Source of the DNA: Turneriella sp.
GTDB taxonomy: Bacteria > Spirochaetota > Leptospiria > Turneriellales > Turneriellaceae
Assembly (NCBI GenBank): GCA_965279515.1
Contig: CBDIID010000003.1
Location: forward strand, 4,224,001-4,288,000
Length of the DNA stretch: 64,000 bases
Direction of reading: 5' to 3'
Shown here: positions 56,463 to 64,000 of the stretch, one piece after another
Layout: every line of letters begins with the position of its first letter
Position numbering within the stretch: the stretch's first letter is position 1
The notes under the pieces: generated by a model
Told to the model about the DNA's origin: nothing
The model's input: only the letters and a program-made list of their open reading frames with translations
The model's database searches: none
Position numbers and translations under genes: made by a program

Positions 56463-56550
56463 GGTACAAGGATGTACCTTGGTCGGCGGCGACAAGGATG
56501 TTCAAGCCCGCCGACCATGGTACCAGGATGTTACCCAAGGTCGGCGGCGA
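56463..56550 (+). repeat. Twin GGA-loop hairpin element, copy F (1.5 tandem units)
   Basis: GGTAC-AAGGAT-GTACC-T-TGGTCGGCGG-C-GAC-AAGGAT-GTT-CAAGC-CCGCCGACCA-T-GGTACC-AGGAT-GTTACC-CAA-GGTCGGCGGCGA. Confidence 0.82.
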
Positions 56551-56627
56551 AAATAACTAAAACAGCCCTTATTTTCAGCGCTGTGAATGCCGAAATTGAA
56601 CTGACGGGGTATAAACCGTTAACCTAT

Positions 56628-57503
56628 ATGCGCGCCTTGGTAATTATGTCTCTTGCCGTCCTGGCAACCCTGTCTCCCCTCGCGGCGCAGTTTCTCTCCC
56701 CCGAAGATACGGTCAAATTTGCCCCCGCAAGCGAACCCTCGCCGGTCTATACGCCACCTGCAACGCCTGCCCCGCAGGCCGCGCCTGCGATTGCGGCGCC
56801 GGGCAGCGACGGTTACTTCGCCGATTTTGCCGCCTATGGCCGCGACAAGAATGTCATTCTCACCTGGCACCTGATGACGGGCCGCGCGATCGACAAGCGC
56901 ATGCAGATTTACCGTTTTTCTGAAGAGCCGCGTGTCATACACGACATCTCGAAAGGCACGCTGATTGCGAAACTCACGGGCGAAATCAATCTCTATGAGG
57001 ATGTACCGCCCGGGCGCGGCATGTATTATTATGCCATCTTTGTCGAAACGACACGCGGCCTCGAACCCGGTGCGTTTACCATGTCGCGCAACCTTGTGGG
57101 GCCGGTTTCATACCTGGGAACGGGCGCTGCCGCGAAGACAAGTTTTGATCCCGAGAAGGGCTCTTACAAGCGCCCCGAGTTTTCATCCAACGAACTCGAC
57201 AGCGAAGACATGCCGGCGCGCCACGATGATTTGGACGACGGCGCGGGCCGCGGGATTAACGGCGTCATCCGCCGTACCTACCTGAAAGGTGATTTTTCCG
57301 GAACCGTGCGCGGCATGAAACCCTTTTTGCGCAACAGCTCGGCGAAGGTGCGGGCGAAGGCGATGTTTTATACCGGGCTGGCGCGCTACCGCATGGAACA
57401 GTTTGACCGCGCGCTTAAGTATTTTGAGCATCCGCTGACACAAAAATTTTACCGCCGTAACGCGGAATTCTGGATCAACCGCATGGCGGAGAACTCGAGG
57501 TAA
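56628..57503 (+). CDS. Exported protein with FN3-like segment and C-terminal TPR
   Basis: Signal peptide from MRALVIMSL; VILTW..YYYAIF; AMFYTGLARY. Confidence 0.65.
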   Translation: MRALVIMSLAVLATLSPLAAQFLSPEDTVKFAPASEPSPVYTPPATPAPQAAPAIAAPGSDGYFADFAAYGRDKNVILTWHLMTGRAIDKRMQIYRFSEEPRVIHDISKGTLIAKLTGEINLYEDVPPGRGMYYYAIFVETTRGLEPGAFTMSRNLVGPVSYLGTGAAAKTSFDPEKGSYKRPEFSSNELDSEDMPARHDDLDDGAGRGINGVIRRTYLKGDFSGTVRGMKPFLRNSSAKVRAKAMFYTGLARYRMEQFDRALKYFEHPLTQKFYRRNAEFWINRMAENSR

Positions 57504-57504
57504 T

Positions 57505-58716
57505 ATGCGCAGTATAACAATCTGGGTCGGAGCAATCGTTTTTACTATTGGCGCCGGCGTCTTTCTTATCGAGCGCGAGTATATCTCGGGCGACAAGGCG
57601 GCGCGAGTGCGCCTCGAGCAGGGCAAGCTGCAGCTCGAGCGTTTCGATGAAGATGGCCTGCGCAAAGGCATCGATGACCTGACGGCGGTCGTCGCGCAAT
57701 TCCCTGACAGCATTCACGCGCGTTCGGCGCGTTACCATCTCGCCGAGGCCTACGAGCGCCTCGGTATGCGTGATGTCGCGCTCGGCAAATACAAGAAGCT
57801 GCTCGAGATGCCGCTGACCGAAGAGCTGAAGACCCATGTGCGTTTCAAAATCGCCAAGCTGCAGGTGATGCGCAACTATTCTGACGAAGGCATGAACCAG
57901 CTGTTGCAGCTGCTCAATGGTACGGCAGATAAGCCCCTGCGTTCTGAAATTTATCTCGAAATCGGCAAGTACTACCACCGCAAGGGCCTTGGCCGCGACG
58001 CGGTCCGCAATTTCCAGAATGCGCTGACCGAGAATCCCGAAAACCGCGAGGTGCGCGCTGCACTGGGTTACGGCGACGCAGACTATAAGAACTCCGTCGC
58101 GCTCCACGGCATTCTGGACAAAACCGAATCCGTACCGGCCAAAGAAGAAAATCCTGCCAAGGCCGAAGGCAAATATGATCTCGCCGGGGGCATCCGCGCC
58201 TTTACCGTCGGCGAATACGGCAAAGCCGTGCGCCTGTTAACTCCCGCAGCGCGCTCTACTGGCCGCGACAGCGAAGATGCGCTGTATTACCTGGGCAATG
58301 CCTACCTGAAACTGAAACAATACCGCAATGCGATTCACTTTCTCAACAGAGCGGTGAGTAACAAATACCTCGACCGCGACGAAGCGGCGTATATCAAGAA
58401 GGGCGAAGCGTATTACCTGAGCAACCAGTTCTCGCGCGCGCTACGGGTTTTTACCTTTGCACGCACGCATTATCCGAATGGCAAGTATGCCCAGATCGCC
58501 CGCGACTGGGAAGCTGAAACCCGCAGCATGCTGGGTGAGAAGACCGGCGTCAAAAGCCTCGACGACGATGGCGACGACGACGATGAAGACGAAGATGTCC
58601 TCGGCGGCGTTGCGCATGCCGGGGACGAAGCCGCACCACGCCCGAAACAGCGCACGCAGACGGTGGCTAAATCAGAAGAAGTTACACTCGACGACGACGT
58701 CGAGGTGACGCCGTAA
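57505..58716 (+). CDS. Membrane-anchored TPR protein with acidic tail
   Basis: N-terminal TM; multiple TPRs (ARYHLAEAY, ALYYLGNAY, AYIKKGEAY). Confidence 0.8.
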   Translation: MRSITIWVGAIVFTIGAGVFLIEREYISGDKAARVRLEQGKLQLERFDEDGLRKGIDDLTAVVAQFPDSIHARSARYHLAEAYERLGMRDVALGKYKKLLEMPLTEELKTHVRFKIAKLQVMRNYSDEGMNQLLQLLNGTADKPLRSEIYLEIGKYYHRKGLGRDAVRNFQNALTENPENREVRAALGYGDADYKNSVALHGILDKTESVPAKEENPAKAEGKYDLAGGIRAFTVGEYGKAVRLLTPAARSTGRDSEDALYYLGNAYLKLKQYRNAIHFLNRAVSNKYLDRDEAAYIKKGEAYYLSNQFSRALRVFTFARTHYPNGKYAQIARDWEAETRSMLGEKTGVKSLDDDGDDDDEDEDVLGGVAHAGDEAAPRPKQRTQTVAKSEEVTLDDDVEVTP

Positions 58717-58719
58717 CGG

Positions 58720-60141
58720 TCAGAACTTCAGTTCTTCAATCATTTCTTCGATCTGCATCTGCAGGGCAGGGTCGGTATCAATGAGTTCCTTCACTTTCTG
58801 ATCGGCGTGCAGTACCGTTGTGTGGTCACGCTTGCCGAACGCGCTCGCGATATAACTTAACGTCGCGCCCTGTATCATACTTTTCGCGAGATGCATACAG
58901 ACGTGGCGGGCGAGAGCCACCTGTTCGGTGCGGTTTGAACCCAGAATCAGCGCTTCATCGACATGCAGAGTGCGCGACACAACCCTTAAGATATCTTCAA
59001 TCGTCACCTGGTGGATGCCGTTTTCCTGCGGCAGGGCCTTCAGTGACATTTTTGCCATCTGCAGGTCGATCGGGCGCTTTTCGTGCTGCGCTGTGAAGTG
59101 GAGAATGCTGAGCGCGGCTTCCATGGGACGCACCTGCGAAGTGAAACGGGTCGCGAGGTATTTCAGAACGTCGGGACCGATGGGTATTTCACCTTCCTGC
59201 GCCTTGGTTTTGAGGATCGCCATGCGCGTTTCAAAGTTCGGTGACTTGACGTCGACGATGAGACCCTGCTGAAAGCGGCTCTGTAAGCGGTCGTGTAGTT
59301 GCGGCAATGCCTGCGGGGGGCGGTCGGCTGAAATCACGATCTGTTTTTTATTCTGGTAGAAATAGTTGAAGGTGTGGAAAATCTCTTCTTGCGTGAAGTC
59401 GGCGTTCTTGCTGATGAACTGTACGTCGTCGAGCAGGAAGACATCCACGCTGCGGTAGCGCGTGCGGAAATAGGAGAGATTCTTGTCTTTCATCGCCTCG
59501 ATGAGGTCGCTCTGGAAGATCTCCGACGGGCAGTATTTGACCTTGAGCCAGGGATAAGCTGCCGCGACATGGTTGCCGATCGCCATCATCAGGTGCGTCT
59601 TACCCAGGCCCACACCGCCATAGATATAAAGAGGGTTATGGTAGTCATTGGGCTTCTGCGCGGCGCCGAATGCCGCGGCGTATGCATGCTCGTTCGAAGG
59701 GCCTTTGATAAAGCGATCGAAGGTATAGTTGGGATTCAGGTCGATTCTGTTCGGGAACGCCGTTTCGGGATTCTTTTGCTTTGCTGCGGGCAGGGCATCG
59801 AGGCGGGGAAGTCTCTCGGCTTCTGCCTGGCGGAAAATAATTTTGCCGGCAAAGCCCGTCGCAGCCGCCTCGTCGGCAATTCTCTTGCCGTACTGGCTTT
59901 GCAGGTGGCGTTCAATCTCGCTGTTGGGGCAGACGAGCACTAAATCGCCTGCGGAAAGGTCCGCTTTAACGTCTTTAAAGAACACGGCAAAAACAGGTGC
60001 GGAAATCTTCTTTCTCAGGCTCTCCTGGATGGGCAGCCAGACCTGGTTGGCCTCGGAAATACGTACAGATTCGGTAGGTGGGTTTAGATGTGTGTCGGCG
60101 TGGAGCATGGGAGAACTTGTGAAACCGGTTTGTAAGTTCAA
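58720..60141 (-). CDS. dnaA: Chromosomal replication initiator DnaA
   Basis: LNPNYTFDRF, NPLYIYGGVGLGKTHL, LLDDVQF, QEEIFHTFN and KRDHTTVLHA; start may be 60108. Confidence 0.95.
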   Translation of the reverse strand: MNLQTGFTSSPMLHADTHLNPPTESVRISEANQVWLPIQESLRKKISAPVFAVFFKDVKADLSAGDLVLVCPNSEIERHLQSQYGKRIADEAAATGFAGKIIFRQAEAERLPRLDALPAAKQKNPETAFPNRIDLNPNYTFDRFIKGPSNEHAYAAAFGAAQKPNDYHNPLYIYGGVGLGKTHLMMAIGNHVAAAYPWLKVKYCPSEIFQSDLIEAMKDKNLSYFRTRYRSVDVFLLDDVQFISKNADFTQEEIFHTFNYFYQNKKQIVISADRPPQALPQLHDRLQSRFQQGLIVDVKSPNFETRMAILKTKAQEGEIPIGPDVLKYLATRFTSQVRPMEAALSILHFTAQHEKRPIDLQMAKMSLKALPQENGIHQVTIEDILRVVSRTLHVDEALILGSNRTEQVALARHVCMHLAKSMIQGATLSYIASAFGKRDHTTVLHADQKVKELIDTDPALQMQIEEMIEELKF

Positions 60142-60272
60142 GCGGCTGGTAAAAAAGACAGGGCGATTTCAGTAGAAATACGAGGGGGAAGACTGTATAT
60201 TTTTGAAACAGGTATTATGTCACATCTTACGAAGGAAAATCCGGGATTTCAGCCACCTAATGCATTAGGTCG

Positions 60273-60707
60273 TTATTGTTCGAGGATGAGTAAGGCTTCG
60301 AAGTCTTCGAAAATAAAACGCCGCGCTGTTTTTTTTGTATCGGTATCGAAACGCAGCGGGTAACTGTCGCCTTTGTATGCGCTGGGCAGTGAAAAATCGT
60401 AACGCACTGCAGAGCTGCGCTGCGCCGAACCGGCGATGATGTTCAGAAGTTCGCCGGCGGTATCCATCAGCATACGATCTTCATCGGTACTCTGAACATT
60501 CAGCCTTTCCATGGCGATCTGGATACCCGGATGTGAAATGTTCAGCCACAGCGTGCCCTGGGTCTCTCCGCTCAGCTCCATTTTGGCCGTGATGCTCTGG
60601 TATTTATCGGGCAGCGTCGCCATCGCTTCACTCGTCAGATCTTTCAAACCGATGAATTGCGAGAAAACATGCCGCAGCGCGGCTGTGAAAATTTCAAAAT
60701 CCAGCAT
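60273..60707 (-). CDS. CheX-like phosphatase
   Basis: DTAGELLNIIAG (ExxN) and FSLPS; start 60707. Confidence 0.75.
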   Translation of the reverse strand: MLDFEIFTAALRHVFSQFIGLKDLTSEAMATLPDKYQSITAKMELSGETQGTLWLNISHPGIQIAMERLNVQSTDEDRMLMDTAGELLNIIAGSAQRSSAVRYDFSLPSAYKGDSYPLRFDTDTKKTARRFIFEDFEALLILEQ

Positions 60708-61077
60708 TTCTGAAAAACATCCCGATCTGATTCCAGAGTTGTGGTCCCCGCACGGGTTTCTCCACATAGCTGTTGACCCCGGCCGCCGCAGCCTGCAGTA
60801 TCTTTTCGCTGTCTGTAACAGAAGTAATCATGACTATCGGCACTTTGTTGCCGCTCGAACGGATTTCCCGCACAAATTCAACGCCGTCGAGCACTGGCAT
60901 ATTCCAGTCGAGAAAAACGAGGTCGATCTTGCCGGCCTCAAAGATGTCCATCGCGTCCTTACCGTTTGCGGCGTGATGGAATCCCACGCGCTCGGCCGCT
61001 TCCTTGAGGTTCTCGCGTATCACCTGCTCGACAATCGTACGCATGAGTTCGGAGTCGTCGACGATAAGAATCTGCAT
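60694..61077 (-). CDS. CheY-like single-domain response regulator
   Basis: ILIVDDS, FLDWNMP, MITS and YVEKP. Confidence 0.92.
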   Translation of the reverse strand: MQILIVDDSELMRTIVEQVIRENLKEAAERVGFHHAANGKDAMDIFEAGKIDLVFLDWNMPVLDGVEFVREIRSSGNKVPIVMITSVTDSEKILQAAAAGVNSYVEKPVRGPQLWNQIGMFFRNAGF

Positions 61078-61081
61078 AGAC

Positions 61082-63418
61082 TTAGCGGGGGATTGTAATT
61101 CGGGTCGTTGTGACGTTTGCAGTTGCGGAAACCCAGGCTTCTCCGCCTAATTCTGCGATTTTCCCTGCGATATATTCCATGCCGAGTCCCCGACCGGCCT
61201 CAAGCGTTACGGAGACGGGCGCTGCCGTCAATCCATTTTGGATGAGACTTTGGAGCGCGACGGGTTTTGCATCAACTCCCCGGGCAAAGCCCTTGCCGTC
61301 TTCTTCGTAAACAAGCTCGACTGCCGCGGGGCTGAGGTTTGTTGCTACCGAAATACGGAGTTCGGCCTTTTTACCCGATATTATGCGGGCAGCGGGGGAT
61401 TCCACTCCATGCGCGAAGGTGTTGCGCACCAGCTGTACGAGCACATTGTGCAATTCATGGATGGCACCGTCGCTGCCCTCGGCAAATCTGATATCTACCG
61501 CCACCGGCACTTCATTGTTCGCTGCCTTTTGTTCGATCTGGTTTGACCAGAAGGCTGTGAGTTGCCTGATTTTCAGGGCAGGGTCGTCACTCACCGGGTT
61601 GCCCACGAGTGCACGTATGCGGGTAATGAGTTTGTCGCGGTCGAGCATCGCCGTTTCAGAGGCATTGATGCAACGGGATATCTCATGGCGCAGGTATTTG
61701 GCGTCGTGCGACTGGCCCTCGGTTTTTGTCTGCAGATGGCTTTCCAGGTTGTGGAGAATTTCAGCAAGTTCGTTAAAACCCAGTTGCAGCGCATTGCCCT
61801 TGAGGGCATGGACGCGCTTGGCAAAGTCCGCAAAGCGGTCGGCCTCCGTCGCCTCGAATCTGCCGATAATCTCTTTGCCGCGCTGCAGAATATCTTTCTG
61901 CTGGGCAATGAAGTTTTCCAGGATCACCGGGGGAATCTGCATCAAATTAATAAGCACATCAAATTCTGACCGCTTATCGGCTTCCGCCAGGTTGATCTTT
62001 TCGCGCAGCGAAAACTCGGCAGTGTCATCGATAATGCTGACCAGAATTTTCTGGGGTGAACTGTCGCCCGAAGAAACAATCGTGCGGAACAGGAACCTGA
62101 GGTTGCGCTTTTCTCTCCGGTAGTTCAGGTAAGTGATTTCGCGTAACGGATTTGCACGCTCGAGCATTTGGTCGCTGATGGCGTTTTCCTGGAAAAAAAG
62201 TTCAAGGTATCGTTCGACAGCGGTGGAGAGTTTTTCGTCTTCGAACAGCGAGCTGAACTTGCGGTGCGCAATTTCACTAAGGCCGAAAATGGCGAGCGTC
62301 GCGCGCGAGTATTCCGCCTGGATAATGCCCTGGGTGTCTACGGTCAGCAGACCCTGCTCGAGGCTTTCGAGAATTCCCGAGATTTCCTGTGTACGCACGG
62401 CGATGCGTTTTTCCATGTGCGTCGAATATTCGCCGAGTTCCTGCGCCATGAGATTCATCGCATACGCGAGGTCAGCGAGTTCGTCGGTATTGCGGCTTTC
62501 GATGCGCACCGAGAAATCACGCTGGCCAATGCGTATCGCCGCGCGCTGCATGTTTTCCAACGGCTTCAGCAGAAAACGGCTCGTTGCCGAAGCGGCGATG
62601 ATCGAAAATAACAGCACGCAGATGATGATGTAATAACCGGTTATCTTCAGGCCAAAGAGCGCGTCGAATTCGGTCGCGGCCGAAAAATCGATAATCATAA
62701 TGGCGATGATTTTACCGCGGTTATTTTTTATCGGCGTATATCCTGAAATATAGACGCCCGAGCTTTCGGTCCGGTACCCTGTGCCGACGGCGACCTCGCC
62801 GGCGAGCGCCGATGTGATGCCGCTCTGGCCGCGGCCGTTGAAGACGTCGCCGATGTGGTAAATGCTTTCTTCAGGATCGATGCGCCGGTTATTGTTACGG
62901 TCGATTTCCTCGAATTCGTCGGCGCACAGCACGCGCAGATACTGCGGCGCGTATTCGTGCATCTTCACCCCGGCAATCCAGACGCGGTGAATCTGCGCAT
63001 TTTGTTCGACTGTCGTCGCCGCGGGCAGCGTCGCGTCATAAACCGGGTTTTTTCCCGACGCATGGCGGATGCGGCGCAGCTTCTGCGCGATGAACTGGAA
63101 TTCGTTGCGGCGGATGATTGCGGTTTTTTCGGCGTCGGCGAGCGCCGAGAGCTGCACGCCACCGCCCACCGTGGCTGTTCCCCGCTTTTGCGCAGGGTTC
63201 AGGTCAGAGTCGAGGCGTTCGAGGTATTTGAGATCTTCGGGCTTGAGCAGCGTAATGCCGATCTTGCCGAAATCCTTAACCCGGCTCATCATCTGCGACC
63301 AGACCTGGGTCGAGACGATTTTATAGTAGTAGGCAAGGCCCGTGACCGTGGCGCCTACCGCGACAAGAAAAATTGCCGCATTCAGCCTGAAGCGGAAATT
63401 GAAGAAGCTTTTCAGCAT
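61082..63418 (-). CDS. Membrane sensor with HAMP, PAS-like, Hpt and CheA-type HATPase domains (no CheW domain)
   Basis: 2 TM, HAMP DELADLAYAMNLM, Hpt VHALKGNA, LVRNTFAHGVE, EDGKG and GRGLGM. Confidence 0.82.
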   Translation of the reverse strand: MLKSFFNFRFRLNAAIFLVAVGATVTGLAYYYKIVSTQVWSQMMSRVKDFGKIGITLLKPEDLKYLERLDSDLNPAQKRGTATVGGGVQLSALADAEKTAIIRRNEFQFIAQKLRRIRHASGKNPVYDATLPAATTVEQNAQIHRVWIAGVKMHEYAPQYLRVLCADEFEEIDRNNNRRIDPEESIYHIGDVFNGRGQSGITSALAGEVAVGTGYRTESSGVYISGYTPIKNNRGKIIAIMIIDFSAATEFDALFGLKITGYYIIICVLLFSIIAASATSRFLLKPLENMQRAAIRIGQRDFSVRIESRNTDELADLAYAMNLMAQELGEYSTHMEKRIAVRTQEISGILESLEQGLLTVDTQGIIQAEYSRATLAIFGLSEIAHRKFSSLFEDEKLSTAVERYLELFFQENAISDQMLERANPLREITYLNYRREKRNLRFLFRTIVSSGDSSPQKILVSIIDDTAEFSLREKINLAEADKRSEFDVLINLMQIPPVILENFIAQQKDILQRGKEIIGRFEATEADRFADFAKRVHALKGNALQLGFNELAEILHNLESHLQTKTEGQSHDAKYLRHEISRCINASETAMLDRDKLITRIRALVGNPVSDDPALKIRQLTAFWSNQIEQKAANNEVPVAVDIRFAEGSDGAIHELHNVLVQLVRNTFAHGVESPAARIISGKKAELRISVATNLSPAAVELVYEEDGKGFARGVDAKPVALQSLIQNGLTAAPVSVTLEAGRGLGMEYIAGKIAELGGEAWVSATANVTTTRITIPR

Positions 63419-63421
63419 CTC

Positions 63422-64000
63422 CTAGGGAAACAGTTTTTTCAGCGTAGTTGCGTGCAGGCCCGGCGCGGCCGCGACAATGGATTTACCGGTTACGGGATTT
63501 GCGCCGCCAAAATCTGTCGCGACGCCGCCCGCGCCGCGGATCACAGGCACCACGGCCATGATATCCCACGGATTCATGACGGGGTCGAGCATGATATCGG
63601 CATAACCTGTGGCGAGCAGTGCATAACCGTAACCATCGGCCCAGGTGCGCCAGAAACGGGTCTCTTTCGCCAGGGCGTCGAAATCCGCTTTGGGATGGTG
63701 CTCTTTGAGATGGCGTGCGTCGGTGATGAGCAACGTCGCTTCGCCAAGGGATGAGACATTTCTCATCTGTGTTTTTTTACCGTTGAAAAAACATTCCTTG
63801 TTGTTTCCCCAGACAAGTTCGTCAAGAATCGGCTGGTAGATGGCGCCGCACTGCGGCTCGCCCTTATGCATCAGGGCGATGAGGGTGGTAAAAAGCGGGA
63901 CACCTGTAATAAAACTTTTGGTGCCGTCGATCGGATCCAGAACCCAGACAAATTCAGCGTCGGTGCGTACGTCGTCATGCTCTTCGCCGATGATGCCGTG
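63422..64000 (-). CDS. hisN: Histidinol-phosphatase, inositol-monophosphatase family (5' end outside the window)
   Basis: HGIIGEE, WVLDPIDGTKSF, DGYGYALLATG and WDIMAVVPVIRGAGG. Confidence 0.82.
   Translation of the reverse strand, partial: HGIIGEEHDDVRTDAEFVWVLDPIDGTKSFITGVPLFTTLIALMHKGEPQCGAIYQPILDELVWGNNKECFFNGKKTQMRNVSSLGEATLLITDARHLKEHHPKADFDALAKETRFWRTWADGYGYALLATGYADIMLDPVMNPWDIMAVVPVIRGAGGVATDFGGANPVTGKSIVAAAPGLHATTLKKLFP

Noticed and set aside
56463..56550. Short repeats as a mini CRISPR array
   Set aside because: There are no unique spacers and no cas genes; the pattern is a tandem duplication of the hairpin element.
60142..60272. oriC next to dnaA
   Set aside because: No consensus DnaA boxes or AT-rich unwinding repeats; the gap is short.

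Overview
Bacterial chromosomal window, densely coding. Gene content (7TM-DISM SpoIIE/cyclase sensors, a DUF1566 protein, many lipoproteins) suggests a Leptospiraceae spirochaete, Turneriella-like; this assignment is inference. Housekeeping genes are present but separated from their usual operons: queF, gpsA, msrB, dsbD-like, pdhC, comEC, ftsQ-ftsA-ftsZ, tatA, argB, glyQ, nuoE, xth, dnaA, hisN, tRNA-Thr(UGU) and tRNA-Tyr(GUA). There are also lipid-catabolism genes, two type II toxin-antitoxin pairs, a TetR/SDR deletion scar and a CheA-like kinase/CheY/CheX module. The main discovery is a dispersed ~55-nt twin-hairpin element seen six times (27184, 33539, 45725, 46684, 55498, 56463). Its stem sequences differ between copies but keep their pairing, while the loops keep the C-ANGGAN-G (CsrA/RsmA-site) pattern or a close 5-nt variant. 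In five copies the GGA loops are on the transcribed strand, and probably in the sixth. Copies sit in-frame inside proteins, in intergenic leaders and in a pre-tRNA spacer. This suggests a genome-distributed CsrA-binding or sponge RNA element. No CRISPR array, integrase, transposase or prophage was found.
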